DNA from: Rubrobacter sp. | GTDB taxonomy: Bacteria > Actinomycetota > Rubrobacteria > Rubrobacterales > Rubrobacteraceae | Assembly (NCBI GenBank): GCA_013695335.1 | Contig: JACDAR010000157.1 | Location: 1-50,246, forward strand | Direction of reading: 5' to 3' | Length of the DNA stretch: 50,246 bases | In this document: positions 34,295 to 44,310 of the stretch, in pieces | Layout: each line of letters starts with the position of its first letter | Numbering within the stretch: the stretch's first letter is position 1 | The notes under the pieces: generated by a model | What the model was told of the DNA's origin: nothing | Seen by the model: the letters and a program-made list of their open reading frames with translations, nothing else | Database searches by the model: none | Translations under genes and position numbers: made by a program

Positions 34295-34798
34295 CTACTC
34301 TTCCGGCAGACGAACCACTATGCGCCGGGATTCGAGATCCACCTCCAGCACGTGTTCCATGGTGAAAGGTACGTAGTGCTCCGCACCGTTCGTTTCGTTC
34401 TCCCTACGAACGACGAGGACTTCGTGCGCCGGTGTCTCGAAAGTCTCTACCACGACGCCGATCTTCTCACCCGATTCGTCTCTCGCCTCGATGCCAACGA
34501 GATCTCCCACGTAGACCTCATCCGCACCCAGCGCGTCGAGGTCCGAGCGTTCGAGGGTGAGTTCCTTGCCCCGCAACATCTTCGCATCTGGACGGCCGGA
34601 AATACCTTCCAAATCTACGAGATATCCTTTTGGCGTCTCGCGCGAACGAGTGATGCGCCGCCTGATGCCGTCAAGGATTGGTTCGACGCCTTCTCGAAGG
34701 TGGTTTCCCGAGCCGGTGGGCCTCACACGGACGGTTCCGCGTACACCGTGAGTAGAGCCTATGATCCCGATTACGACCGGGTCAGAGAGATCATCCAC
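34295..34798 (-). CDS. rimM: Ribosome maturation factor RimM
   Basis: The track ORF (to 35119) runs through the KH and rpsP genes in another frame. The GTG at 34798, 5 nt after the KH-protein stop, gives MDDLSDPVVIGIIGSTHGVRGTVRV, the typical RimM N-terminus, followed by a PRC barrel. Confidence 0.88.
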   Translation of the reverse strand: MDDLSDPVVIGIIGSTHGVRGTVRVRPTGSGNHLREGVEPILDGIRRRITRSRETPKGYLVDLEGISGRPDAKMLRGKELTLERSDLDALGADEVYVGDLVGIEARDESGEKIGVVVETFETPAHEVLVVRRENETNGAEHYVPFTMEHVLEVDLESRRIVVRLPEE

Positions 34799-34803
34799 GG
34801 AGG

Positions 34804-35043
34804 TTAGTCCGCAACCTCCACGTTGACCCGTTTGCCAATCTTCACGGAGGCGGCCTTCATCACGGTGCGGATGGACCGTATCGTCCGGCCCTGGCGTCCT
34901 ATTACCTTCCCGACATCGTCGGGCGCGACGCGCAATTCGAGGTCCACCCGTGAGTCGTCCTCGGTGCTCGACACCTCTACCTGATCCGGCTCGTCCACGA
35001 GCGAGCGGGCGACGAACGTCAGAAGGTCTTCCAGGCGATCCAC
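34804..35043 (-). CDS. KH-domain RNA-binding protein (YlqC/UPF0109)
   Basis: 79 aa with VGKVIGRQGRTIRSIRTVM (GxxG KH motif). The position between rpsP and rimM is conserved. Confidence 0.85.
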   Translation of the reverse strand: MDRLEDLLTFVARSLVDEPDQVEVSSTEDDSRVDLELRVAPDDVGKVIGRQGRTIRSIRTVMKAASVKIGKRVNVEVAD

Positions 35044-35049
35044 GGTCTC

Positions 35050-35292
35050 TTAAAGCGCCCCGGAGATCTGGAGCAGCTTCTTCACCTGATCCGTGGGCTG
35101 CGCTCCCTTGCCGAGCCACTCCTTCGCCTTCTCCACGTCCACCTGGATATCCGATGGCTGGGTGCGCGGGTTGTAAGTTCCGATCCGGTCGAGGAACCGA
35201 CCGTCGCGCGGGCTGCGGGAATCCGCTACCACTATCCGGTAGAACGGCGCCCGATTGGAGCCGCGCCTTGCAAGCCTGATCTTTACCGCCAT
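35050..35292 (-). CDS. rpsP: 30S ribosomal protein S16
   Basis: The ATG at 35292 gives [33 protein letters not shown]. The track start at 35325 adds 11 non-conserved residues. Confidence 0.95.
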   Translation of the reverse strand: MAVKIRLARRGSNRAPFYRIVVADSRSPRDGRFLDRIGTYNPRTQPSDIQVDVEKAKEWLGKGAQPTDQVKKLLQISGAL

Positions 35293-35326
35293 GTCTTCAC
35301 CTTTCTGTTTTTCAACTCTCGACAAT

Positions 35327-36664
35327 CTATCTGAACGGCATCTTGGGCATACGTTTGGGCATTCCGCCCTTGCCCATCTGCCGCATCATCTTCTGCATCT
35401 CGCCGAACTGCTTGACGAGCTTCTGAACATCCTGCTGGGTCGAGCCGGAGCCGCGGGCTATCCTACGCGCCCGGCTCGGATTCTGCAACAATTTGGGATT
35501 TCTGCGCTCTGCCAGGGTCATCGAGGTGATCATGGCCTCCACCCGCCCCAAAGCCTTGTCGTCCAGATCGTTCATGTTCGCGCCCTGGAGTTGCTTGTTC
35601 ATGCCGGGGATCATGCCGATGAGGCTCGAAAGCGGCCCCATCTTCTTGATCATCTGCATCTGCTGCAGGAAGTCCTCGAAGGTGAACCTGCCGGACATGA
35701 GCTTCTTGCTCTGCGCCTCGGCCTCTTTGCGGTCGACCTGCGCCTCGGCCTTCTCGATCAGCGACATCACGTCGCCCATACCGAGGATTCTCCCTGCCAT
35801 CCTGTCGGGATAGAAGTAGTCGAACTCGCTCATCTTCTCGCCCTCGGAGGCGAAGCGTACTGGCCGCTCCGTCACCGAGACCACGGAGAGCGCGGCGCCG
35901 CCGCGTGCGTCGCCGTCCAGCTTGGTCAGCACCATGCCGTCGAAATCCGCATATTCCTGGAAAGCCTTCGCAACGTCCACGGCGTTCTGGCCGGTGACCA
36001 CGTCGAGGACGAGGAGAACGTTGTGCGGCTTCGTGGCGCTCCTTACCCGCTTGATCTCCTCCATCATGTCCATGTCAAGGACCTGTCGGCCAGCCGTGTC
36101 AACGACCACGAAATCGTAGCCCTCTTCGCGGGCTTTCTTGATGCCGCGCTCCGCGATCTCCTCCGGCTTCTCCTCTGTGCCCTCCGTATAGACGGGGACG
36201 GAGAGCTCCTTGCCGATCTGCTGCAACTGCTCGATGGCAGCCGGACGGTACGTGTCACAGGCGACCAGATACGGGTTCTTGCCCAGCTTGCGCACGAACA
36301 GCGCGAGCTTGCCAGCCGTGGTCGTCTTGCCGTGTCCGTTCAAGCCAGCGAGCATGACTACGGTCGGCGGACGAGAGGCGAACGAGAGCTTGTGGGCTGT
36401 GCCGCCCATAAGGTTCGCAAGCTCCTCGTTCACGATCTTCACGATCTGCTGTCCCGGCGAGAGTGCCTTCGATACCTCAGCGCCGGTCGCCCGTTCACGG
36501 ACGTTGCCTACGAAGTCCTTGACCACGCCGTAGTTCACGTCGGCTTCGAGCAATGCAAGACGGATCTCACGGGTGACCTTCTTCACCTGATCCTCGGTGA
36601 GGTTGCCGCTGCCGCGGACCCCGTCGAGCGCTGAATTCAGCCTTTCGCCAAGCGTATCGAACAT
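35327..36664 (-). CDS. ffh: Signal recognition particle protein Ffh
   Basis: The ATG at 36664 gives MFDTLGERL, the canonical Ffh start. [20 protein letters not shown], and a Met-rich M domain. It begins 1 nt after the ftsY stop. Confidence 0.96.
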   Translation of the reverse strand: MFDTLGERLNSALDGVRGSGNLTEDQVKKVTREIRLALLEADVNYGVVKDFVGNVRERATGAEVSKALSPGQQIVKIVNEELANLMGGTAHKLSFASRPPTVVMLAGLNGHGKTTTAGKLALFVRKLGKNPYLVACDTYRPAAIEQLQQIGKELSVPVYTEGTEEKPEEIAERGIKKAREEGYDFVVVDTAGRQVLDMDMMEEIKRVRSATKPHNVLLVLDVVTGQNAVDVAKAFQEYADFDGMVLTKLDGDARGGAALSVVSVTERPVRFASEGEKMSEFDYFYPDRMAGRILGMGDVMSLIEKAEAQVDRKEAEAQSKKLMSGRFTFEDFLQQMQMIKKMGPLSSLIGMIPGMNKQLQGANMNDLDDKALGRVEAMITSMTLAERRNPKLLQNPSRARRIARGSGSTQQDVQKLVKQFGEMQKMMRQMGKGGMPKRMPKMPFR

Positions 36665-36665
36665 G

Positions 36666-37883
36666 CTATAGCTCCCCATACAATGCTTCCGCGAACTCCC
36701 TGGCATCGAACGGATGCAGGTCGCCTACCTGCTCACCGACCGAGATCAACTTTATCGGAACCCCGATCTCGTTCGCGATGGCGAGTGCTATGCCACCTTT
36801 CGCCGTCCCGTCCAGTTTCGTCAGGATGATCCCTGTGAGGTTCACAACCTCGTTGAACATCTTCGCCTGCCGCAACCCGTTCTGCCCTGTCGTCGCGTCC
36901 ACCGTCAACAATACTTCGTGCGGAGCGCCCGGTAGCTGACGCTCGATGATGCGGCGCACTTTCTCTAGCTCTGCCATCAGATTGACCTTGGTATGCAGCC
37001 GTCCAGCCGTGTCTATGAGCAGAACGTCCGCACCATCAAGCTTCGCAGCCTCTACCGCGTCGTGGGCGACCGCAGCCGAGTCTGCGCCACGTTCGCGCGC
37101 TATGACAGGCGCCCCGACCCGCTCGCCCCACCTTTGAAGCTGCTCGATTGCCGCAGCCCTGAAGGTGTCTCCGGCGGCGAGCATGGCTTTCCCTGGCAGG
37201 AAGTTCACCAGCTTACCTATGGTGGTGGTCTTGCCCGTGCCGTTGACGCCGACCATCAGGATCACCGTCGGTTTGTGGGACACGTCCAGCTCGACAGGCC
37301 CGGCGAGCATCCGTTCGGCGTGTTCGATCATCAACGCCCTGAGTTGTTCGCCGCTGGTGATATTGCGCTCCAGCGCCTCCTGCTCCAGTTCCCCAACGAG
37401 CTTGCTTGTGGTCTTCACGCCGACGTCAGAGGAGATCAGGATCTCCTCGACCCTCTCCCAGAATTCCTCGTCCTCGGTATCACGGAACTCCGCGATAGCC
37501 GCGTTGAGTTGCCCGACCACGGACTCCCGGCTCCGCCTGAGACCCGTCCGCAGACGCCCGAACCAACCGCCAGATCTCGTTTCCTGCTCCTCAGCGGCTG
37601 CCTCTTCATCAGATGTTTCCTCGACAACGTCGGGCTCGGGTAGAGATTCTTCCGACGTTTCATCAACAGGCTCGTCATCGGCCTGCTCTTCATCGGCCTC
37701 TTCTTCGAGCACTTTCGTAGCCTGGAGCGTCTCCCGCTGGGCCCGCACCTCCTCGGTCGGGACATCTTCAGCGGTGGAGTCCGTACCTGCGGAATCCGGC
37801 GCTTCGGCTTCCTCCGCTGGCTGGGTCGTCTCCTGTTCCGGTTCTTCGGTCTTCCTGAAAAAATTACGCCAAGAGCGCGCCAT
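36666..37883 (-). CDS. ftsY: SRP receptor FtsY
   Basis: Acidic N-terminal A domain and an NG domain with GVNGTGKTTTIGKL, DTAGRLH and TKLDGTAKGG. Confidence 0.95.
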   Translation of the reverse strand: MARSWRNFFRKTEEPEQETTQPAEEAEAPDSAGTDSTAEDVPTEEVRAQRETLQATKVLEEEADEEQADDEPVDETSEESLPEPDVVEETSDEEAAAEEQETRSGGWFGRLRTGLRRSRESVVGQLNAAIAEFRDTEDEEFWERVEEILISSDVGVKTTSKLVGELEQEALERNITSGEQLRALMIEHAERMLAGPVELDVSHKPTVILMVGVNGTGKTTTIGKLVNFLPGKAMLAAGDTFRAAAIEQLQRWGERVGAPVIARERGADSAAVAHDAVEAAKLDGADVLLIDTAGRLHTKVNLMAELEKVRRIIERQLPGAPHEVLLTVDATTGQNGLRQAKMFNEVVNLTGIILTKLDGTAKGGIALAIANEIGVPIKLISVGEQVGDLHPFDAREFAEALYGEL

Positions 37884-37893
37884 TACCGTTGTT

Positions 37894-40800
37894 CTAATCT
37901 CCCTGCATACGCTTCGATACGATCACGGTGGCCCCCCAGGCGTCCTGCGTAACGCCGTAGAGAACGTCCGCCGCTGCCATCGTGCGTTTCTGATGGGTAA
38001 CCAGCAGGAACTGCCCGCCGATCCTGTGAGAGTCTACCACGGATAGAAAACGGGCCAGATTGAGGTCGTCGAGCGCAGCCTCAGCCTCATCCAGCACGCA
38101 GAACGTCCCCGCCACGCCTTCGGGACGGCTTAGAAAGATGCTGAACAAAAACGACAGCGCAAGCAACGATCGCTCTCCGCCCGACAACACACGCAAAGGC
38201 TTGTATCCGCGCCGCCCGAGACGAAGCAGTATCTCCACGCCCTCCTCCGAAAGCTCCAGCGTCCCGCTCGCCCCGTGCATCATGCGAGGCACTATCTCCG
38301 TGAACGCCGCCTTCACCCCCCGGAACGTCTCGGAGAACCGTGCCTCTATCTCCCCATCTATATCTTGTATTATGCGGGAAAGCTCGCTTGAGGCGGCTTC
38401 GGCGTCGGCGCGTTGGGCCGAGACGAACTCGTGCCGCTCGCGGAGTCCCTGTTGCTGGGCGAGGGCGAGCAGGTTGACGTCACCGAAACGGTGGAGTTTG
38501 CGCGCCAGTCGGCGCCGCTCGGCCTCGATGTCTGCGGGGAGTTGCTCGGATTCCCGGCGGGCATCTTCGATGGTCGCCCCCCACTCCGCGCCGATCTCCT
38601 CTTCCGCCAACTCGGCGGCCTCCCTGGCTGAGCCTAGCTCTGTACGGGCCTGCCCGGCGTTCGCGCGGGCGGCCGCGAGTTCCCCGGCCAACTCCGCAGC
38701 CTGGCGGGCTATGGCGGTTTGCTCGGCGGAGATGCGGCGATGTTTGTCAGCGGTCTCAGAACGCGAGCGCCGCAGGCTGCCCCTGCGCTCGCGCACCACC
38801 TCGGCGAGTCGGGCGGAGATCCCGGCGGCGCGGCGCGACACTTCGACCCTGGTGCGCGCTTCCTCCAGTGGCGCTTGATTGAGGGATTCCAGCCTTTCAG
38901 AGATTGCCCGCTGGCGGTTGCGAGCCTCGCGCACTGCAGCTTTTATACGATCGTGGCGCCTCTCCGTTTCGCGCAGGTCTGCCTGCGTAATCTCGGTGGC
39001 GTCAACTTCGGAGTCCAGCCGCTCCTGACACTCGCGCAGGCGGCTTTCCGACCGTTGCATGGACTCGGTATTGGTGGAGATCTCGCGTTCCAGATTCGCT
39101 GCTTCTTTCCGGCTACTATCCGCGAGCTTCCTGGCATCCTCCCAGGCGCCCTGCCGCCGCCTTATTTCTCTAAGGAGCATCTTCGAGGTCCCGGAAACCC
39201 GGTCTGCAAGGTTTTGCGAAGCTCCGGCGCGCGCGGATACGTTTTCCAGTCGCCCTGAGGCATCAGCAAGTTCGTCGCGCTTCCCACGCAGCAATGCGCC
39301 TGGCCCCTTCATTAGGGCGTCCAGGCGTCGCGAGGCTTCGGAGAACCTTGCTTCCCTGACGAAGCTGCCGCCGCCGTCGGGGAGGCTGACGCTGGTCCGG
39401 GTGAGGCGAAGTCCGGATCGGGTGACTGCGACGTAGCCGTTCGATGGAGTGTTGCATCCCGTCTTGTCAACCACGTAGATGCCTTGCAGCAGCCGTCCAA
39501 CGGCCTCGGAGTAGCGACCGTCGAGGACTTCGATGCAGTCGAGCAACGGGGTGCCCGGCGGGTTTCCGTGGGCGTCGATCCCATGGGCGTCGAGGCGAAC
39601 TGCGATCCTCTCGGCCTCGGATAGGAGTTTGATTCCTTCGTCAACGTTCTCGGCGAGGACGCCACCGGCGAAGTCTCCGAGGGCCGCCTCCACTGCGGCC
39701 TCGAAACCCGGCTTCGCCTTCAGAACCTGGTAGAGGCGGGTCTCCAGCCCCCCGTTCTCCCGCGAACTGCGAAGCACCCGAATGCTTGCCTCAAGCCTGC
39801 CCACCGCCGCATCGAGGGCTCCCTTGCGCCGCCCTGCCCCGGAACGACCTTCGTCCACGGCCCGCCGTGCAACGGAGATTCCCTTGCGGATTTCTCGTAT
39901 CTGGCCGCGAAAATCTGGGGAGAGGACGTCTTCCAACTCGCCGGAGATCCGTGTGAGATCCTCGATATCCTGCTCCGGGATTTCCGTGGCCTCATCCGCC
40001 CTGAGCGTTGCCCTGTCACGTCGCGTCCGCAGCTTCTCCAGGCTTACGATGGCGCGGGATTTTTCCCGCTCCGCAGCTTCCCGTTCCGACCGCGCCCAGG
40101 ATAGGGTTTCCCTGCGTTCGGCCAGGGATTTCTGTTTATCGGAGCGTTCCGTTTTAGCCTGGGCTTCTTCGTTCTCCAGGCTCTCAAGGACGCCAGATGT
40201 CCTTTCCAGTTCGGCCTCGAGGCGGGAGATCACACGCCCTCGATCCGCCTCCCGGCCCATCCCTCCTTCGAGGCGCAGGAAAGCCCTGTCGGCCCGGATG
40301 GATTGCATCCTGAGTTCTTCCGTCCCATCTTCGAGCCCTTCGAGCGCCTGCTCGATCTCGCGGAGCTTCTTTCCTTTCTCCTGTAGATCCGGCTCCAGCC
40401 CGGCCCCCTGTCGGCGCAGCGATGCCTCACGCTCCTCCAGGACCGCGACGTGAGCCTCGGTCTGTTCCGTCTTCCGGATCAAAGCGTCAAGCCCAGTATT
40501 GGAAGTCCGGTAAAGATGGGCCAGCGAATAGCGCCGGAAGCGGGATTCGATCTCCCGATACTCGCGGGCCGCGACGGCTTCCTGCTCGATGCGTCGCAAC
40601 TGGCCCGCCAGTTCCGTTTCGAGCTGGCGACTCTTCTCGAGTTGGGCATCAGCCCGCTCCAGCCGGCGGCTCGCCGAAAGCCTGCGCCTCCTGTACACCC
40701 CGAGCCCCGCAGCCTCTTCCAGGGCGAGCCGACTTGTGTCTGGTCCCCCTGAAACTATGGAGTCAACGGCGCCCTGCCTGAGAATGCTGTGGCGTCCGAT

Positions 40801-41205
40801 ACCAGCCTCTCCCGCGACGGCCCGCACGTCCTGGAGTCGGGCCGCGGAACCGTTGATCCTGTACTCCGTTTCGCCGTCGCGTGAGATCCGACGAGAGATA
40901 GATACTTCCTCGTAAGGCAGCGAGATGCCGCCAGAGGAATTGTCCAGAACCAGCGTCACCTCGGCGGTGCGCGCCGCGGGAAGCGTCTCGGAGCCGGAGA
41001 AGATCACATCCCCCATCGCCCCTGCCCGAAGCAAGCCTGGACTCTGCTCCCCGAGCGCGAAGAGCACAGCGTCAGTGATGTTGCTCTTCCCAGACCCGTT
41101 CGGCCCGACGACAGCCGTGATACCAGCTTCCAGCGGCATCCGAACCGGCCGGGCGAAAGTCTTGAACCCCTTGATGTAGATGGCCGTGAGCACCTGAGAG
41201 TACAT
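37894..41205 (-). CDS. smc: Chromosome partition protein Smc
   Basis: Walker A GPNGSGKSN, long coiled coils with a central hinge, signature LSGGERSL and Walker B FCVLDEAEAALD. 1103 aa. The start is uncertain (ATG 41205 or GTG 41193; no SD visible). Confidence 0.95.
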   Translation of the reverse strand: MYSQVLTAIYIKGFKTFARPVRMPLEAGITAVVGPNGSGKSNITDAVLFALGEQSPGLLRAGAMGDVIFSGSETLPAARTAEVTLVLDNSSGGISLPYEEVSISRRISRDGETEYRINGSAARLQDVRAVAGEAGIGRHSILRQGAVDSIVSGGPDTSRLALEEAAGLGVYRRRRLSASRRLERADAQLEKSRQLETELAGQLRRIEQEAVAAREYREIESRFRRYSLAHLYRTSNTGLDALIRKTEQTEAHVAVLEEREASLRRQGAGLEPDLQEKGKKLREIEQALEGLEDGTEELRMQSIRADRAFLRLEGGMGREADRGRVISRLEAELERTSGVLESLENEEAQAKTERSDKQKSLAERRETLSWARSEREAAEREKSRAIVSLEKLRTRRDRATLRADEATEIPEQDIEDLTRISGELEDVLSPDFRGQIREIRKGISVARRAVDEGRSGAGRRKGALDAAVGRLEASIRVLRSSRENGGLETRLYQVLKAKPGFEAAVEAALGDFAGGVLAENVDEGIKLLSEAERIAVRLDAHGIDAHGNPPGTPLLDCIEVLDGRYSEAVGRLLQGIYVVDKTGCNTPSNGYVAVTRSGLRLTRTSVSLPDGGGSFVREARFSEASRRLDALMKGPGALLRGKRDELADASGRLENVSARAGASQNLADRVSGTSKMLLREIRRRQGAWEDARKLADSSRKEAANLEREISTNTESMQRSESRLRECQERLDSEVDATEITQADLRETERRHDRIKAAVREARNRQRAISERLESLNQAPLEEARTRVEVSRRAAGISARLAEVVRERRGSLRRSRSETADKHRRISAEQTAIARQAAELAGELAAARANAGQARTELGSAREAAELAEEEIGAEWGATIEDARRESEQLPADIEAERRRLARKLHRFGDVNLLALAQQQGLRERHEFVSAQRADAEAASSELSRIIQDIDGEIEARFSETFRGVKAAFTEIVPRMMHGASGTLELSEEGVEILLRLGRRGYKPLRVLSGGERSLLALSFLFSIFLSRPEGVAGTFCVLDEAEAALDDLNLARFLSVVDSHRIGGQFLLVTHQKRTMAAADVLYGVTQDAWGATVIVSKRMQGD

Positions 41206-41208
41206 TCT

Positions 41209-41224
41209 ACGCGCTTCGGCGCGT
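41209..41224. promoter_or_regulatory. GC hairpin with a tetraloop abutting the annotated smc start codon
   Basis: ACGCGC-ttcg-GCGCGT on the plus strand (CGAA loop in the smc-sense RNA). It ends 3 nt upstream of the ATG at 41205. Confidence 0.4.
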
Positions 41225-41310
41225 CAAAACACGGAAAACCGCAGCAAAAGCGCGATCAGGCACCACGACTCGGATCGAATCCGAATATCATGAGAGGCCG
41301 CCTCGCGCTT

Positions 41311-41913
41311 CTATCGGGCGAAGCGGTGTGCGCCGGCAAGCGCGGGTACGAGAACCCAGGAGGCACCGGCTACGAGGACTCCGTAGTAGTAGCTATTGGC
41401 GGGCTCCGCAACAGGATCCGCAACAGAGTGGGAGACAACAAGCGCTAGTGCGTACACCACTACTGTAGCGACAATGATCGTCAATGCGAAGCGGTATGAC
41501 GTCGTAATCCTCGGCCATGTGGCCGTCATGGTCAACACGGCTGGTATTACTGTGAACATCAGTAGTACGGAAGCATGCTTGGCTGTGGCGCTCATAGTGT
41601 TTCTAGGGAGGAGAAGTACAATAAATGCCAGAAAGTTGAGGCTGGAAAAGAACACGCTTCGGGCCGCCTGGCTTCCCCTAGCGCCTAATGCCCATGCTGG
41701 CAGCCAGAAACTTGCACAGGTCCCTGGGATGGCGATCAGGATACCCATGATCGCAAGTATAGGATCCATGCCCGCCGCCCCAAGAGGGACTGTAGCGATC
41801 ATGAGAAAAATGATCGCCGCTGCCCCTCCAAGCAACACTGCTAGTGACGCGAGTCCGGCTACTGCCGCAAAGGCTGCTCGCTTCCAGTCCACCCTCTTGT
41901 CTCGATCGCTCAC
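41311..41913 (-). CDS. Hypothetical polytopic membrane protein (200 aa, about 6 TM helices)
   Basis: Hydrophobic segments run throughout (for example AVAGLASLAVLLGGAAAIIFLMIA, ILAIMGILIAIPG, FLAFIVLLLP, LLMFTVIPAVLTM, LTIIVATVVVYALALVV, GVLVAGASWVLVPALAG). GTG start. Visibly more A/T-rich than its neighbours. No family recognised. Confidence 0.55.
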   Translation of the reverse strand: MSDRDKRVDWKRAAFAAVAGLASLAVLLGGAAAIIFLMIATVPLGAAGMDPILAIMGILIAIPGTCASFWLPAWALGARGSQAARSVFFSSLNFLAFIVLLLPRNTMSATAKHASVLLMFTVIPAVLTMTATWPRITTSYRFALTIIVATVVVYALALVVSHSVADPVAEPANSYYYGVLVAGASWVLVPALAGAHRFAR

Positions 41914-42060
41914 GCTTACAGCTTACACTGTATGTTTGCGGATTGCCATAGTACAAGGTCGCGTGCCAGAGGGTAGATTATCGGCGTGTCACGAAACCAA
42001 GTAACTCCGGCGCGCTTGCAGTGTCGGTCCGTTTAGTACGGTTTTCCGAAAGTTGCAGGG

Positions 42061-42720
42061 TTACGCTCCGATGTGAACTTCGACCGGGGAGCGCGGTACG
42101 GGACGAATGCCCAATATCTCAAGCGCCGCCCTCGCGGCTGACTGTTCGCTCTCCTTGATGGAATATCCTTCTCCAGTGGCGACCTCGCGGCCATCCGCAG
42201 AAACCGTGGAGGTAAAACTCGGACGGTGGGCCGGTCCCTGCTTGGATAGCACCCGGTACGTTGGCCTGAGACCGTCAGCCTGGAGCGTCTCCTGAAGAAG
42301 CGTCTTCCAGTCACGAAGTTCGTCCGTGTCAACCTCGGATGGGTTGAAGATGTGGTCTATCGTGCGAAACACGAGGTCGCGGTCTATGAGGTATGCGGCC
42401 CCGATGATGGCCTCGACGGTGTCGGCGATGACCGAATCGTTGATGATGGAACTTTCGATCAGCTCTTCAACGCCCTCGTCGCGCCCTACGGCAGCCAGGA
42501 ACGTCTTGCGCACCAGATGCGCCCGGATGCGCGTGAGATCCCCCTCCAGAAGCTCAGGGTAGCTGTGGAATACAAGCTCGGCCACCCGCGTATTCAGGAT
42601 GGAGTCACCCAGAAACTCCAGCCGCCCGTTGGATTCGTACGGGTCGGCGACGCTAGGATGCGTCAACGAACGCTGCCGCAAAGGTTCCGGCAGTATCGTT
42701 ATGAGATCCTTTATAGTCAT
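42061..42720 (-). CDS. rnc: Ribonuclease III
   Basis: RNase III signature NGRLEFLGDSILN and a C-terminal dsRBD (KTLLQETLQ...GEGYSIKESEQSAARAAL). Confidence 0.93.
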   Translation of the reverse strand: MTIKDLITILPEPLRQRSLTHPSVADPYESNGRLEFLGDSILNTRVAELVFHSYPELLEGDLTRIRAHLVRKTFLAAVGRDEGVEELIESSIINDSVIADTVEAIIGAAYLIDRDLVFRTIDHIFNPSEVDTDELRDWKTLLQETLQADGLRPTYRVLSKQGPAHRPSFTSTVSADGREVATGEGYSIKESEQSAARAALEILGIRPVPRSPVEVHIGA

Positions 42721-42727
42721 CTCGTGA

Positions 42728-43984
42728 TTATTCTACACCCGTGAACGCCACCACGACGTTGTGCCCGCCAAAGCCCATGGAGTTGGAGATGGCAGCCTTG
42801 AGGTCAGGGACCTTCCTGGCCTCGCTACCGACATAATCGAGAGGCTCGCAGTCTTCCGCGAGGTCTTCGAGGTTGAGCGTGGGCGGCAAAATCTTCTGCT
42901 TGATAGCGAGGGCACACATGACTCCCTCCATCGCCCCAACCGCCCCGAAAGAGTGGCCGGTCATGGACTTCGTGGCGGAGACTGCCACGTGTGGCATGAC
43001 ACGCGATATGGCCTTGGTTTCCGGGCCATCGCCAGTCGGGGTGGAAGTGGCGTGGGCGTTGACGTGCCCGACGTCTTCCGCCGTGAGGCCGGAATCAGCC
43101 AGGGCGTGATGCATGGCGCGCTCCACGCCCCGGCCCTGTTCGTCCGGGGCTGTGACGTGATATGCGTCGGTGGAGCGTCCGTAGCCAGCGACGGCGGCAA
43201 TCGGCTCCGCGCCGCGTCGTGCGGCGTGTTCCGGGCTTTCGAGGACGATAGCACCCCCGCCCTCGCTCATCACGAAGCCGTCACGCCCCGAGTCGAACGG
43301 GCGGCTCGCGCGGTGCGGTTCGTCGTTGCGGGTGGAGATCGCGCGTATCGCGCAGAACCCGGCCATCGAAAGTGGTGTGATCGGGGCTTCCGATGCGCCA
43401 GCTATAACCACATCGGCGTCGCCGCGCCGGATCAACTCAAGCGCCTCAGCTATCGCCTCCCCACCCGTTGCGCAAGCGAGGACCGGACACTGGCTCGGCC
43501 CCGTCGCCCCGAGCGTGATGGCGAGTTGCCCTGCCGCCATGTTCGGAACCATCATGGTAATGAGGAAGGGGCTCACCCGTCCCGGCCCGCGCTCGTGCAG
43601 AACGCGATACTCCCGCTCCCAGGTCGAGAGCCCGCCGATACCGCTGCCCATCACGATGCCTACACGTTCCGGCGTTTCGCGGATCGTGTCCATGATGCCG
43701 GCGCTCTCGGCGGCCTCCACGCCTGCGGCGACGCCGAACTGGGCGTAGCGGTCCATCCGGCGGGCCAGTTTCTTCGGCATGAAATCCGTGGGGTCGAAAT
43801 CCGTGCATTCGCCTGCTATGTGTGAAGGGTACGGCGAAGGGTCGAACAGCGTGATCTCCCCGACCCCGCTCTTGCCGTGAAGGGCGGCGTCCCAGAAGTT
43901 CTCCACTCCGGTTCCGAGGGGCGTTATAGCCCCCGCGCCGGTAATGAGGGCGTGCCCCCTGCCGTTTGAGGGAGCCTCCGTCAC
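42728..43984 (-). CDS. fabF: 3-oxoacyl-ACP synthase II
   Basis: Active-site region [32 protein letters not shown]. Confidence 0.95.
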   Translation of the reverse strand: MTEAPSNGRGHALITGAGAITPLGTGVENFWDAALHGKSGVGEITLFDPSPYPSHIAGECTDFDPTDFMPKKLARRMDRYAQFGVAAGVEAAESAGIMDTIRETPERVGIVMGSGIGGLSTWEREYRVLHERGPGRVSPFLITMMVPNMAAGQLAITLGATGPSQCPVLACATGGEAIAEALELIRRGDADVVIAGASEAPITPLSMAGFCAIRAISTRNDEPHRASRPFDSGRDGFVMSEGGGAIVLESPEHAARRGAEPIAAVAGYGRSTDAYHVTAPDEQGRGVERAMHHALADSGLTAEDVGHVNAHATSTPTGDGPETKAISRVMPHVAVSATKSMTGHSFGAVGAMEGVMCALAIKQKILPPTLNLEDLAEDCEPLDYVGSEARKVPDLKAAISNSMGFGGHNVVVAFTGVE

Positions 43985-44226
43985 GCCGCCTGATGCTCCG
44001 ATACGTAGTCCACCGCCTGCTCGACGGTGGTGATCTTCTCGGCATCATCGTCCGGGATCTCCATCCCGAACTGCTCCTCGAGCTCCATGATCAGCTCAAC
44101 GAGGTCGAGCGAGTCGGCCTCGAGGTCCTCCCGGAATGAAGCCTCCGCAGTCACTTCGGTCTCTTCGACTCCGAGCCGGTCTGCGGTTATTTCCTGAATC
44201 TTGGCGAGGATCTCGTCTCTCTCCAT
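43981..44226 (-). CDS. acpP: Acyl carrier protein
   Basis: The ATG at 44226 follows GGGAGGTG with a 7-nt spacer. Phosphopantetheine site [17 protein letters not shown]. 81 aa. Confidence 0.95.
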   Translation of the reverse strand: MERDEILAKIQEITADRLGVEETEVTAEASFREDLEADSLDLVELIMELEEQFGMEIPDDDAEKITTVEQAVDYVSEHQAA

Positions 44227-44310
44227 TTCTTGCACCTCCCTGGTTATTCTCACAACTTCTAATTTATGTCATCCCCATCGGTGACAGCGCGTAGTGTAGC
44301 GCAAATCGCA

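Noticed and set aside
35255-36634. 459-aa plus-strand ORF exactly antisense to ffh. Similar long plus-strand ORFs lie at 6540-7727 (rnj), 9944-10846 (pnp), 11670-12605 (ribF/truB), 16077-17288 (infB/nusA), 20783-22084 (rseP/dxr), 25600-26505 (tsf), 26768-27826 (rpsB), 32636-33688 (rnhB/rplS/trmD), 42761-43825 (fabF) and 48488-49447.
   Set aside because: Each lies fully opposite a gene with unmistakable conserved motifs. Their translations are Arg/Leu/His/Gly-rich low-information sequences with no motifs or SD. Long antisense ORFs are an expected artefact of high G+C, because the complements of stop codons are rare.
41270-41284. TCGGATCGAATCCGA, reminiscent of a tRNA T-arm (GGTTCGAATCC)
   Set aside because: The loop is only 3-5 nt. 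No matching acceptor stem, D-arm or anticodon arm could be built from the flanking about 70 nt. It is a simple 5-bp hairpin downstream of the membrane-protein gene.
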